Assembly (NCBI GenBank): GCA_902579395.1
Contig: CACHGK010000001.1
Coordinates: 145,036-209,035, forward strand
Reading direction: 5' to 3'
DNA length: 64,000 nt
Origin: an uncultured Alphaproteobacteria bacterium
GTDB lineage: Bacteria; Pseudomonadota; Alphaproteobacteria; Methylaequorales; Methylaequoraceae
The position numbers and the translations under genes were made by a program. Shown in pieces: positions 51,099 to 60,616 of this stretch (the stretch's first letter is position 1; each line of letters opens with the position of its first letter). The notes under the pieces were generated by a model. It ran no database searches and had not been told where the DNA came from. It saw only the letters and a list, made by a program, of their open reading frames with translations.

Positions 51099-51856
51099 AT
51101 ATTAGAGGAATTAAAGCTATATACAATTTTGAAATGTCTAGAACATTTAGAACAATAACACAAAGTATTGCTTCTCCTGTTTTATCTACAATATTATATT
51201 TTATTGTTTTTGGATCAGCAATTGGTTCAAGAATTAATGACATAGATGGATTAAACTATTCATCATTTCTGGTTCCAGGATTAGTAATGCTTACAATACT
51301 AAATCAAAGTATTTCCAACTCTTCATTTGGAATTTACTTTCCAAAATTTAGCGGAACTATATACGAGATATTATCAGCTCCAATTTCACCATTTGAAATA
51401 ACTTGTGGTTATGTTTTGGCTGCTGCTAGCAAGTCAGTCTTAGTGGGTATAATAATTTTAGCAACCTCATCTTTTTTCATAGAATTAAGTATTATTCATC
51501 CATTTTGGATGATTTTTCTATTAATTTTGATAAGTCTTACATTTAGCTTATTTGGTTTTATTATCGGAATATGGGCTGATGATTTTCAAAAAATACAACT
51601 CATACCTTCCTTTATTATCACTCCACTTACTTTTCTGGGAGGAAGTTTCTATTCAATAAATATGCTTCCGGAGTTCTGGCAAAAGGTTTCATACTTTAAT
51701 CCAATTGTTTACCTTGTAAGTGCATTTAGGTGGAGCTTTTACGGGAATTCTGATGTAAATATTAAAATCTCAATTTTTGCAATATTTTTTTTTCTTGGCT
51801 TATGTTTAGTTTTGATTTCAATGATATTTAGAAGTGGATACAAAATTAAAACCTAA
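51095..51856 (+). CDS. ABC-2 type transporter permease (YadH-like)
   Basis: 253 aa with six TM helices. It tracks E. coli YadH closely by eye ([43 protein letters not shown]). Confidence 0.88.
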   Translation: MNIRGIKAIYNFEMSRTFRTITQSIASPVLSTILYFIVFGSAIGSRINDIDGLNYSSFLVPGLVMLTILNQSISNSSFGIYFPKFSGTIYEILSAPISPFEITCGYVLAAASKSVLVGIIILATSSFFIELSIIHPFWMIFLLILISLTFSLFGFIIGIWADDFQKIQLIPSFIITPLTFLGGSFYSINMLPEFWQKVSYFNPIVYLVSAFRWSFYGNSDVNIKISIFAIFFFLGLCLVLISMIFRSGYKIKT

Positions 51857-52187
51857 TCACTTAAATGAAACAGAAATAACCAGACACTTAAATAAATTTA
51901 AACAAGAGATATATGTTAATAATATTGGATTTTGATAAATAAATGTTTTTATTTTAATAAAATTAGGTTTTTTTTATGAGATACAGAAAGATTTACAAAA
52001 GGTAGATTTTTAAACAGTCTAAAAACAATAAAGAAATTTTAAACAAAGTTAATATTATACAATAAATTTTAATTGGATTAGGTAAATTCTGTATTATATT
52101 AGGATTAATAATCTCAAATATTTTAAATTATGTAAATATTTTTTTTGGAAAAATCTAATAAAATTTAAAAAACTTTGGTTGATATTT

Positions 52188-52946
52188 ATGTTTGAAATTA
52201 AAAGAGAAAGAAAATTAAAAGTTACAAAAACGGAAATGTTAAGTTCACATTTCAAAAGAATAACTTTCTTTAGTAGAGATTTCTTTGATTTTTCAGAAAA
52301 TGAGAAAGGTGCATATTTAAAATTATTATTTTTAAAGAAAGAAATAGGGGATAAAAAACTAGTTAGACCCTACACTATAAGGAATTTTAGAAAAAAAAAA
52401 CTAGAAATTGATATTGATTTTGTTATTCATCAATCATCAAATGGTATTGCAACTGAATGGGCTTTAAAGGCCAGTCCTGGAGATGAAATAATGGTTTCTG
52501 GTCCTGGAGCCAAGCCTGATTTAAAAGATGATGTAGATTGGATTTTTTTTATAGGAGACATGTCTTCATTACCAGCAATTTCTTCTAACTTAGAAGAAAT
52601 CGATACCAACAAAACGGGAATAATCGTAATTGAAATTATGTCAAATGAAGATAAATTAAAAATTAGGAAACCAAGAAATTTTCAATTACACTGGGTTATA
52701 AAAAAAAAATCTAGTAATCACAACGAACTGTATGACAAAGTTTTATCTTTAAAATGGTTGTCAGGCAACCCGTTTGTCTGGGTTGCATGCGAATTTGATA
52801 AAATGAAAAAGTTTAGATATTATTTTCACAAAGAAAAAAAAATTAAAAAAGAATTTACATATATATCAAGCTATTGGAAAGAAGGAAGCAACCAAGAACA
52901 GCACAAAAAAATCAAGAAAATAGATAATCAACAATATACTAATTAA
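52188..52946 (+). CDS. Siderophore-interacting protein / FAD-dependent ferric reductase (ViuB/SIP family)
   Basis: The track ORF starts at TTG 52179, and an ATG lies at 52188. The RPYTIR FAD-binding motif, the GPG nucleotide-binding region and the SYWKEG C-terminal motif are present. Confidence 0.8.
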   Translation: MFEIKRERKLKVTKTEMLSSHFKRITFFSRDFFDFSENEKGAYLKLLFLKKEIGDKKLVRPYTIRNFRKKKLEIDIDFVIHQSSNGIATEWALKASPGDEIMVSGPGAKPDLKDDVDWIFFIGDMSSLPAISSNLEEIDTNKTGIIVIEIMSNEDKLKIRKPRNFQLHWVIKKKSSNHNELYDKVLSLKWLSGNPFVWVACEFDKMKKFRYYFHKEKKIKKEFTYISSYWKEGSNQEQHKKIKKIDNQQYTN

Positions 52947-53043
52947 TTTATGATTATTTATTAAATTCTTATTTTAGAATGATTCTTAATTAGTTAATTG
53001 AAAAACTAAAAAAAAATTGTAATATAATTTATTTTGAAATTAT

Positions 53044-54204
53044 ATGAACGCAATTTTAGCAGTTATAAAAAGTAACAAAGCAATTTTCGTTGCTAATGAT
53101 GGAAGACTTATCAAAAAATGTCTTCTTGGCTTCCTTATTCTATCTTTAGCATTTCAATCCAACGATATAGGAGGAATCATTAGAGGAGTTTTAGTTGATG
53201 CTTACATACAAGTTTCAATCTTTGTTGGTTTTACTCTTTTTATTTTTATAGGACTAGATTCGTTAACAAAATTTAACATAGAGGATTTTCTTAAAAAGAC
53301 GAAAAAAATTCATGTTCCAATATCCACATTCTTAGGAGCACTACCTGGTTGTGGAGGAGCGATAATTATTGTAACCCAATTCATTCAAGGCAGGATAAGT
53401 TTTGGATCACTTGTTGCAGTTTTAACTTCAACTATGGGAGATGCGGCATTCCTTCTATTCTCTAAAGAACCATCAACGGGATTGCTTGTTTTTATTATTG
53501 CAGGAACAACAGGTATGATATCAGGATACATAGTAGATTTTTTTCATAATGAAAATTTCTTAAAAATAAATAAAAATTTTAAAGTAGAGTTTGAAAAGAT
53601 TGGAAAAACTTTTGTATCAAAATTTAATATCGTGTGGTTAGTAATATTTATACCAGGATTCATTATTGGATTATTGGTAGCCTTTCAAGTAAATCTTGAA
53701 AACCTAATGATTTTTAAAAAATTTAATATTGTTGAATCAATTGGTTCAGTTGGAGCAATAATATCAATTTTCATGTGGACCTTGAACCCACTAAGCGATT
53801 TTCAATGCTCAACAGAAAAAACAAGATCATATCTTTCAAGAGTGATAGATACAACAAATTTTGTCACAACTTGGGTAGTTTGTGGATTTTTACTATATGA
53901 ATTTTTAATTTATATAACTGGAATAGATCTAAAAATATTTTTCGATACATGGATATATTTAGTTCCATTAGTGGCAATTCTATTTGGATTTATACCCGGA
54001 TGTGGACCTCAAATTGTAATAACAACATTTTATCTTAATGGTTATGTCCCCTTTTCAGCTGAAATAGGAAATGCAATTTCCAATGACGGTGATGCTTTAT
54101 TTCCTGCAATTGCATTAGCACCTAAAGCAGCAATCTTTGCAACACTCTATAGTGGAGTACCTGCTATAATTGTTGCCTACAGCTTTATGTTTCTTTTCGA
54201 ATGA
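53044..54204 (+). CDS. 10-TM putative heavy-metal/manganese transporter family protein
   Basis: 386-aa polytopic protein. Duplicated PGCG motifs (GALPGCGGAIIIV and GFIPGCGPQIVIT) each have a downstream GDA motif (MGDAAF, DGDALF). Confidence 0.75.
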   Translation: MNAILAVIKSNKAIFVANDGRLIKKCLLGFLILSLAFQSNDIGGIIRGVLVDAYIQVSIFVGFTLFIFIGLDSLTKFNIEDFLKKTKKIHVPISTFLGALPGCGGAIIIVTQFIQGRISFGSLVAVLTSTMGDAAFLLFSKEPSTGLLVFIIAGTTGMISGYIVDFFHNENFLKINKNFKVEFEKIGKTFVSKFNIVWLVIFIPGFIIGLLVAFQVNLENLMIFKKFNIVESIGSVGAIISIFMWTLNPLSDFQCSTEKTRSYLSRVIDTTNFVTTWVVCGFLLYEFLIYITGIDLKIFFDTWIYLVPLVAILFGFIPGCGPQIVITTFYLNGYVPFSAEIGNAISNDGDALFPAIALAPKAAIFATLYSGVPAIIVAYSFMFLFE

Positions 54205-54211
54205 ATATTTC

Positions 54212-55108
54212 ATGAAAATTGTAAGTTTGATTCCAAGTGGTACTGAAATTATATATTCACTAAATCTGGGAGATAATTTAGTCGGAGTTTCTCATGAATG
54301 TGATCATCCTGCAGAAGTAAATAATCTCCCTCGGTTAACTCAAAGTAAAATTAATATTTCTAAATCATCAATAGAAATTGACAGAGACATTAATGATATT
54401 TTAAAAAAAAGTCTTTCTGTGTACGAAGTAAATACTGAGTTATTAAAAGAATTAGATCCGGATGTAGTGATCACTCAATCACAGTGTTCAGTGTGTGCAG
54501 TTTCTCTAAGAGATGTTGAGAATTCTCTAAGTCAATTGATAAATAAGGAACCTCTTTTAATTGATCTTAAACCAAATAAGTTTAATGAAGTTTTAGATAG
54601 CATAAGATTTGTAGGTGAAAAGTTAAATAAAAAACAGATATCTGATTTATTAGTTAAAAAAATTGAAGATGAAATAAATAAGATTGAAACTAAAATTTCA
54701 AATTCAAAAATTCAAAATGTTCTTTGCATTGAATGGATTGAACCGTTAATGATAGCAGGAAATTGGATACCTGAATTGGTAAAATTTGCAGGTGGAAAAT
54801 GCGTACTGAGTGATGCCGGAAAAAGCTCTCATTTCATTGGTACAGTTGATCTACTAGCAGAGGATTTTGAAAAAGTCATTTTTATGCCATGTGGTTTTGA
54901 TATAAACAGATCAAAAAAAGAGATCCTAGAATCAAATCTGGATTTTTTTGAAATTTTAAAAAAGAAAAAAAAATTTATAGTTGACGGAAATAAATATTTT
55001 AACCGACCTGGACCCGATCTTCTAGAAAGCACGAAAATTTTAGCTGAGATTATTAACCCACAATTTTTCCCTTCTGAACCAAATATAAAAAGATGGATTC
55101 CATTTTAA
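54212..55108 (+). CDS. Class III (BtuF/FhuD-like) solute-binding-fold protein without signal peptide
   Basis: The track ORF 54170..55108 has an internal ATG at 54212, giving MKIVSLIPSGTEIIYSLNLGDNLVGVSHECDHP. That is a typical start for Fe-complex/cobalamin binding proteins, but with no hydrophobic leader. Confidence 0.75.
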   Translation: MKIVSLIPSGTEIIYSLNLGDNLVGVSHECDHPAEVNNLPRLTQSKINISKSSIEIDRDINDILKKSLSVYEVNTELLKELDPDVVITQSQCSVCAVSLRDVENSLSQLINKEPLLIDLKPNKFNEVLDSIRFVGEKLNKKQISDLLVKKIEDEINKIETKISNSKIQNVLCIEWIEPLMIAGNWIPELVKFAGGKCVLSDAGKSSHFIGTVDLLAEDFEKVIFMPCGFDINRSKKEILESNLDFFEILKKKKKFIVDGNKYFNRPGPDLLESTKILAEIINPQFFPSEPNIKRWIPF

Positions 55109-55115
55109 ATAAATA

Positions 55116-56843
55116 TTATTCATAATTTTTATTGGTAAGCCAAACAGTTTGATAAGGTGAGAGTATCATATTGCCTGACAAGTCTTTGATATCCTTTTTA
55201 GTTAAAATATCGTGCCATTTATCAGTTGAAATTAAATTGATATCTAGAAGAGAAACACTTTTACTCTGTTTAGATAAGTTACTTATACAAAAAATACTTT
55301 GACTTCTGTCAATACTTTGTCGCCACACACCAAAAAGGTAGCTTTGTAGTTGGAGGGTAAATTGTGTTGCATTAGGGTGAAAAGCTGGTTGTTTTATCCT
55401 GAGTTTAATTAATTTTATAATTGATGAATAAATTTTATTATTAATTGATGAACTTTTTTCTATTAAATTACAGAGTTTTATATAGTTCCAATTTGTTCGG
55501 TTAACTGATCTATTTGCATTTGTATTTTTGAATTTTTTGAAATCATTGACTGCACCGACTAAATTTTGTATGTAGACTGCTGGCATCCCCTCCATAGCAA
55601 ATAACATTTCATGAGCTAAAATAAAACGTTTTATTCTATAATTATCCTTACCCTTATATGTTTCTTTTAAAGCATCTAATAGTGTTGTATTTACCTCATA
55701 GACAGTTTTCTTTTTTTGAGAAACTCTGTATGTCAGAAGTGCTCCAGAAGTTTGTAATGTATTAATAAATTTATTTATCTCATCATCTGGTAAAATTCCC
55801 TCTAAGGGTCTCATTCCAATGCCATCATGAGTCGATAGAAAGTTTAAATATGAGTTTCCAAACTGTGCAGGTGGCATACTTCGTGACCATTGTTTCAGAA
55901 AAGTGCTGTTTTCCGAAATAAGTGCATGAATTACTAACGGTGCTAACGAAAAATTATATATGCAGTGCGCTTCATTATTATTTCCAAAATAACTTAAATT
56001 TTCATGATTAGGAATATTTGTTTCAGTGATAATCAATGTTCCCTCAGAATAACTTTCTACAAGCAATCTTATTAACCTGATTATTAAATGTGTTTCAGGA
56101 AGATTTATACATTTAGTCCCAACTTCCTTCCAGAGAAAAGCTACAGCATCCAAGCGAAGAGCTTTTGTGCCTTTGTCTATATAAAATTTAATAATTTTTA
56201 AAAAATATAATAGTACATCGGGATTTTTAAAATTAAAATCAACTTGATCATGACTAAATGTACACCACACAAAATGATCTTTACCAAAAATTTTAACTTT
56301 TTTTGACAATTTGCTACTTCTTGGTCTTACAACTTTAGAAAAATTATTAAAATTTTTTGTACTTGATATAAAAAACTCTGATCCAGGATCTAATCTATTT
56401 AAAAAATTCTGAAATAATTGATTTTTTGATGAACAATGATTGATAACCAAATCAGTCATTATTTTAAAATTTTTAGATAGTTTACAAAAATCCTTCCAAT
56501 TTCCATGATCACTTTGAATCTTCTCATAATCAATTACCGCAAATCCGTCATCTGATGAATAAGGATAAAAAGGAAGAACATGAATATATGAAAAATCTTT
56601 ACAATACTTGTTTAGAAAAAGTCTGAGAGTTGAAAAATTATTTTCTTGAGGTTTTTTTATTGAATCTGCGTACGTAATTAAAAAACAATCCTTTTCATCC
56701 CAAAGTATATTTTTTTTTGTTTTTGAATTAAGAGGAAAAATTTTTTTGATCTCTGTACATAATTTATTTAACTCACGAGAATTATGTTTTTTATAAATTA
56801 GACTAAGATAGTTATAAAGAGTTTTTCTAGTTAATTTATTCAT
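55116..56843 (-). CDS. GH13 sucrose-phosphorylase-like sugar phosphorylase (candidate glucosylglycerate phosphorylase)
   Basis: 575 aa with ALRLDAVAFLWKE (nucleophile Asp), ITETN (acid/base Glu) and FLSTHDGIG. It is the last gene of the gpgP-gpgS string. Confidence 0.85.
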   Translation of the reverse strand: MNKLTRKTLYNYLSLIYKKHNSRELNKLCTEIKKIFPLNSKTKKNILWDEKDCFLITYADSIKKPQENNFSTLRLFLNKYCKDFSYIHVLPFYPYSSDDGFAVIDYEKIQSDHGNWKDFCKLSKNFKIMTDLVINHCSSKNQLFQNFLNRLDPGSEFFISSTKNFNNFSKVVRPRSSKLSKKVKIFGKDHFVWCTFSHDQVDFNFKNPDVLLYFLKIIKFYIDKGTKALRLDAVAFLWKEVGTKCINLPETHLIIRLIRLLVESYSEGTLIITETNIPNHENLSYFGNNNEAHCIYNFSLAPLVIHALISENSTFLKQWSRSMPPAQFGNSYLNFLSTHDGIGMRPLEGILPDDEINKFINTLQTSGALLTYRVSQKKKTVYEVNTTLLDALKETYKGKDNYRIKRFILAHEMLFAMEGMPAVYIQNLVGAVNDFKKFKNTNANRSVNRTNWNYIKLCNLIEKSSSINNKIYSSIIKLIKLRIKQPAFHPNATQFTLQLQSYLFGVWRQSIDRSQSIFCISNLSKQSKSVSLLDINLISTDKWHDILTKKDIKDLSGNMILSPYQTVWLTNKNYE

Positions 56844-56852
56844 TTAGAAAAA

Positions 56853-58115
56853 TTAAACCTCATTATCTTTTTTAACAGTCCTTTTAAGTTGCTCTAAAAA
56901 GTTGGGTATTGCAGTATCGACTCTACTCCAAGTTGGTATATTCGGAGATTCCATTGGTGAGTCTAAGAAAATTTGACCAGCAAGCATAATATTTTTTGCA
57001 AATAACTCAACAGCAATTTCTTCTTCATGAACATCTATTTCATATGCATTCATAAGAGCATCTTTTTTATAGATTTGAACAAAATCTAGTGCTTCTCTGT
57101 AATACGTTGCTTTTAATGATCTAAAAATAGACATTGAAAAGGTCTCTCCTTGAGATGCTAATTTTCTTATTACAGCTTTGATAATATCGATAGACATTTT
57201 GGAAAGTCCTTTTGAAGAATCACTTAATGAAATATCTTGATGTTTATGATCATAATTATCAGCTATATCAACTTGACACAGTCTATTACCAGCATAATTT
57301 CTATACATTTCAGATAAAACTCCAATTTCTAACCCCCAATCATATGGAATTCTTATATCTTTCAAGACCCTTCGTCTAAAAGAAAATTCACCAGCTAAAG
57401 GGTATCTAAAAGAATCAATAAATGATATATATTCCTTGAAACCAATTGTTTTTTCAAGCGCCCTTAACAATGGTGTTACCAAAAGTCTAGCAACTCTTCC
57501 TTTAATATTTCTTTTAGAAACTCTTGGATAATATCCTTTACAAAAATCAAAATTAAATCTTGGGTTAGCAACTGGATAAATTAATCTAGCCAATAATTTA
57601 CGGTTGTATGTTAGAATATCACAATCATGAAGAGCTATTGCTTCGGTGTCACCTAATGATAATATATAACCCATACAATACCAAACATTCCTACCCTTCC
57701 CTCCCTCTTGAGGTGCTAAATTTTGATCGGCAAGTTGTGAATCTAACTTTTTCAAGCCTGGGCCATCATTCCATAGTATTTCATGTCTTTGAGGAAGTTT
57801 TGAAAAAAATTTTTTTGCAAGACCAAATTGATTTTTATCTGCTTGATCTAAACCGATAACAATATTTTTAAGAAATTTTATTTTTGAAATCTCACTTATA
57901 ATATTTGGTAGAGCATTTCCCTCTAATTCAGAATATAGGGAAGGTAAAATTAAAGTTATTGGTCTGAATTCAGAAAATTCAAGAAGCTCTTTTTCTAATT
58001 CTTCATATGGCCTATCAGATAAATTATGAAGAGTTGCCACAATTCCATTTTGATAAAAATCAGAAATTTTTGTTCTCCATTCTAAAGACACTTTCCAGAG
58101 ATTCTTTCCATCCAT
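56853..58115 (-). CDS. gpgS: Glucosyl-3-phosphoglycerate synthase-like glycosyltransferase
   Basis: 420 aa with SDFYQNGIVATLHNL near the N-terminus, ALHDCDILTY (DxD) and GRVARLLVTPLLRAL. The ATG start overlaps gpgP by 56 nt, so an in-frame GTG further in (VSLEW...) may be the real start. Confidence 0.8.
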   Translation of the reverse strand: MDGKNLWKVSLEWRTKISDFYQNGIVATLHNLSDRPYEELEKELLEFSEFRPITLILPSLYSELEGNALPNIISEISKIKFLKNIVIGLDQADKNQFGLAKKFFSKLPQRHEILWNDGPGLKKLDSQLADQNLAPQEGGKGRNVWYCMGYILSLGDTEAIALHDCDILTYNRKLLARLIYPVANPRFNFDFCKGYYPRVSKRNIKGRVARLLVTPLLRALEKTIGFKEYISFIDSFRYPLAGEFSFRRRVLKDIRIPYDWGLEIGVLSEMYRNYAGNRLCQVDIADNYDHKHQDISLSDSSKGLSKMSIDIIKAVIRKLASQGETFSMSIFRSLKATYYREALDFVQIYKKDALMNAYEIDVHEEEIAVELFAKNIMLAGQIFLDSPMESPNIPTWSRVDTAIPNFLEQLKRTVKKDNEV

Positions 58116-58887
58116 CAGGCGCTTTAGTTTTACTAAAATAAATTTTGTTTTTTTTTTTTAAAGAAATTCTATCTTTCTTTCCTTTTACAATACAGCTATA
58201 ATCTGTGGATTCAAGCATACAAATATCATTTTCACTATCACCTAGCGAAACTGTAACAAATTCATAGTTTAAGGAAGGCTTGATAATTTCTAAGAATTTT
58301 TTCAAAGCTTCTCCCTTATCATAACCTTCTAAAATATGAATAAATCTTCCACCATCAAAAATTTTAAAATGTTCATTTAAAGAAATTATTTCAGATTTAA
58401 ATTTTGGAATTTGATCAAGTGAATCATTCCAATAAATGGGATTACTAAATAACCTATCTTTACTCCTTTTTACATCTTCAATACTAAGATTTGTTATTTT
58501 TGAAATTTTTTGATCACTTAGGTCATTATAAAAACTAAAACTGAACTTTTCTTGAAGAAAAGAAATTTTTTCAGCAATTAATTCAAGACTATTATTTGCA
58601 AGTGAATATCCTAAATAACCCCTATATTTAAAAAAATTTTTCTTTAAATCCAAGTAATTGAAATATTCTTTAGGAAAAAAAATACAAGCACCATTTTCAA
58701 CTATGAAGGGGTTATTTAAATTCAATCTTTTATTAATATATAACATTTCACTGAATGTTTTACTCGTATTAAAAATAATAGAAGTTTTGTGCTTAATTTT
58801 GTTAACAAATATTTTTAAATTGCCAAATGAATAATTCTCATAACTTAAAAATGTACCATCCAAATCAGAAAATATTAAGAATTTCAT
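58060..58887 (-). CDS. gpgP: HAD-IIB phosphatase, mannosyl/glucosyl-3-phosphoglycerate phosphatase family
   Basis: 275 aa with the N-terminal FSDLDGTFL (DxD nucleophile) and the C-terminal GDSENDICM. Confidence 0.82.
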   Translation of the reverse strand: MKFLIFSDLDGTFLSYENYSFGNLKIFVNKIKHKTSIIFNTSKTFSEMLYINKRLNLNNPFIVENGACIFFPKEYFNYLDLKKNFFKYRGYLGYSLANNSLELIAEKISFLQEKFSFSFYNDLSDQKISKITNLSIEDVKRSKDRLFSNPIYWNDSLDQIPKFKSEIISLNEHFKIFDGGRFIHILEGYDKGEALKKFLEIIKPSLNYEFVTVSLGDSENDICMLESTDYSCIVKGKKDRISLKKKNKIYFSKTKAPDGWKESLESVFRMENKNF

Positions 58888-59010
58888 TATATTAATAATA
58901 AACTATAACAAGTTAATGACAAAATTTTATATACAAACTTCTTAAAATTTACTTCTCCAGTATTTAAGGATGAATCAATTAAATCAGAAAAATTTAACGC
59001 ATACAAGAAT

Positions 59011-59505
59011 TTAGATCTTGCGTCTATACCTATTCGCCTTTTCCTCAAAAAAAATACGAATTCCCAATAAAATAGAATTAACAGATACAAAGAATACTAA
59101 AGCAATAAAATCATCAAAAAACAAGCAGACAAATACCACTTCAAGAAAAACTACAATGTAATTAGGATGTCTAAAATATTTAAATATCCAAGTATTGATT
59201 AATGGTTTTTCTATTACGATAATTCTGGTAGTCCAATATATACCTAATTCATAAATAATCTTATATCTAAGAATTTGTAAAACCATGAAGGCGTAGAAAT
59301 ATTCAATGACTACATTTGAATTATAAAAAGATTTAATTAAAAAAAATAAAATAAAAATAATATGAAAAATAACGATAAAAAAATAATGAAATTTAAAGTA
59401 TTCAACAGCTCCTTCTTCCAAGAGTTTTTTGGTATTCCTATGGCTAAATAAGAGTTCGAATACTCTGCTAAAAATTATGTAAATCATTAAAAAAAAATCA
59501 ATCAT
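59011..59505 (-). CDS. Isoprenylcysteine carboxyl methyltransferase (ICMT) family membrane methyltransferase, BpsB-like
   Basis: 164-aa polytopic protein with the FRHPNYIVVFLEV motif. Its start overlaps the PKS stop by 8 nt (ATGATTGA). Confidence 0.8.
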   Translation of the reverse strand: MIDFFLMIYIIFSRVFELLFSHRNTKKLLEEGAVEYFKFHYFFIVIFHIIFILFFLIKSFYNSNVVIEYFYAFMVLQILRYKIIYELGIYWTTRIIVIEKPLINTWIFKYFRHPNYIVVFLEVVFVCLFFDDFIALVFFVSVNSILLGIRIFFEEKANRYRRKI

Positions 59506-60514
59506 GAGGAATAATCCTCATATTAGATAATCCTGCTGTAAATCCGGGACCCAACGCAGCCATCAAAAAATTTCCACTATAATTCTTTTTTATCATTTGA
59601 TTTAATACAAGTAAAACTGAAACAGAAGAGACATTTCCAAAACGAGATAAAATTTCTTGAGACTCTAAAATAGTCTTGTTGTTCTTAAATATTTTTTTAT
59701 ACGCATCAATAATTTTCATCCCTCCAGAATGAAGAATATAACCATCTAAATTATCTATTGGAAAACTATTCAGCACTTGTGGTAATTTTTTAAAAATAAA
59801 TTCTGGTATAATCTTATCAAAAGTTACAGACAAACCATCATCTTCTACTCCCCAACCCATTAATTCTAAGGAATTTTTCCAGGTATATTCCATTGCTCCC
59901 AGAATCTCACATGAACCATTGCCTTGAATTAAATATGATATTGAACCATCACCAAATAGGGCAGAACTTACAATATTTTCCTTATTAAATATCTGAGGGC
60001 GAAAAGTAAGACTACAGAGCTCTACGTTACATACTAGAATGGGTTTTTTTAAATTTTTATAAATTTCGACTGCTCTATTAAGTCCCAATACTCCTCCAGC
60101 ACAACCATATCCAAAAATTGGTAGCCTAACAATTTCATTTTTAAAATTGAATAGGTTAAAGATCTCAGCATCAATTGAAGGGGTTGATAAACCAGTGCTA
60201 TTCACAAAAACAATGCCACCAATTTTTTCTGGACTTGTGTTTGTCTTCTCAAATGTTTCTGTTATAGATTTTTTTAAAAGACTTAAGGATTTTTTTTTGA
60301 ATAAAAAGTTTCTTTCCGACCAATTATGTTCATTAATATACCAACTAAGATTTTCTGAAAGGTATCGAGTTTTTACTCCTGAGTTATCATAAACTTTTTC
60401 CATTCTTTGAAAATTAATTTTTGAGGAAAATAATTTTCTTCCTAAATCCTTTATTTCATCTTGATAAACTTTGTTATCAGGAAAAACAGGACTCAGACCA
60501 TCAATAAAAATCAT
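59498..60514 (-). CDS. Type III polyketide synthase (chalcone-synthase superfamily, BpsA-like)
   Basis: 338 aa with Cys-His-Asn triad contexts GYGCAGGVLG, HSGGMKII and GNVSSVSV, and a C-terminal GPGFTAG. Confidence 0.88.
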   Translation of the reverse strand: MIFIDGLSPVFPDNKVYQDEIKDLGRKLFSSKINFQRMEKVYDNSGVKTRYLSENLSWYINEHNWSERNFLFKKKSLSLLKKSITETFEKTNTSPEKIGGIVFVNSTGLSTPSIDAEIFNLFNFKNEIVRLPIFGYGCAGGVLGLNRAVEIYKNLKKPILVCNVELCSLTFRPQIFNKENIVSSALFGDGSISYLIQGNGSCEILGAMEYTWKNSLELMGWGVEDDGLSVTFDKIIPEFIFKKLPQVLNSFPIDNLDGYILHSGGMKIIDAYKKIFKNNKTILESQEILSRFGNVSSVSVLLVLNQMIKKNYSGNFLMAALGPGFTAGLSNMRIIPHD

Positions 60515-60616
60515 AGGAATTATTTAGTTCTTTTAAAAATAAATAAAAGAAAAATATTTAAAGAAAAAAAGTAATGTATTTTTGATCAATTTTATAGATA
60601 GGAATTAATAACTTTG

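Noticed and set aside
52976-52986. Inverted repeat agaat-g-attct upstream of the PGCG transporter gene, considered as a Fur box. The repeat gatta-a-taatc at 52103..52113 is a similar case.
   Set aside because: They match the 19-bp Fur consensus at only about 10 of 19 positions. Short AT-rich palindromes are expected by chance in this composition. I mention them only as context in the spacer finding.
58887-59090. 67-aa minus-strand ORF between the ICMT and gpgP genes.
   Set aside because: It overlaps the 3' end of the ICMT-family gene in another frame, and the rest covers the 123-nt spacer. It has no motif or SD and is probably not translated.
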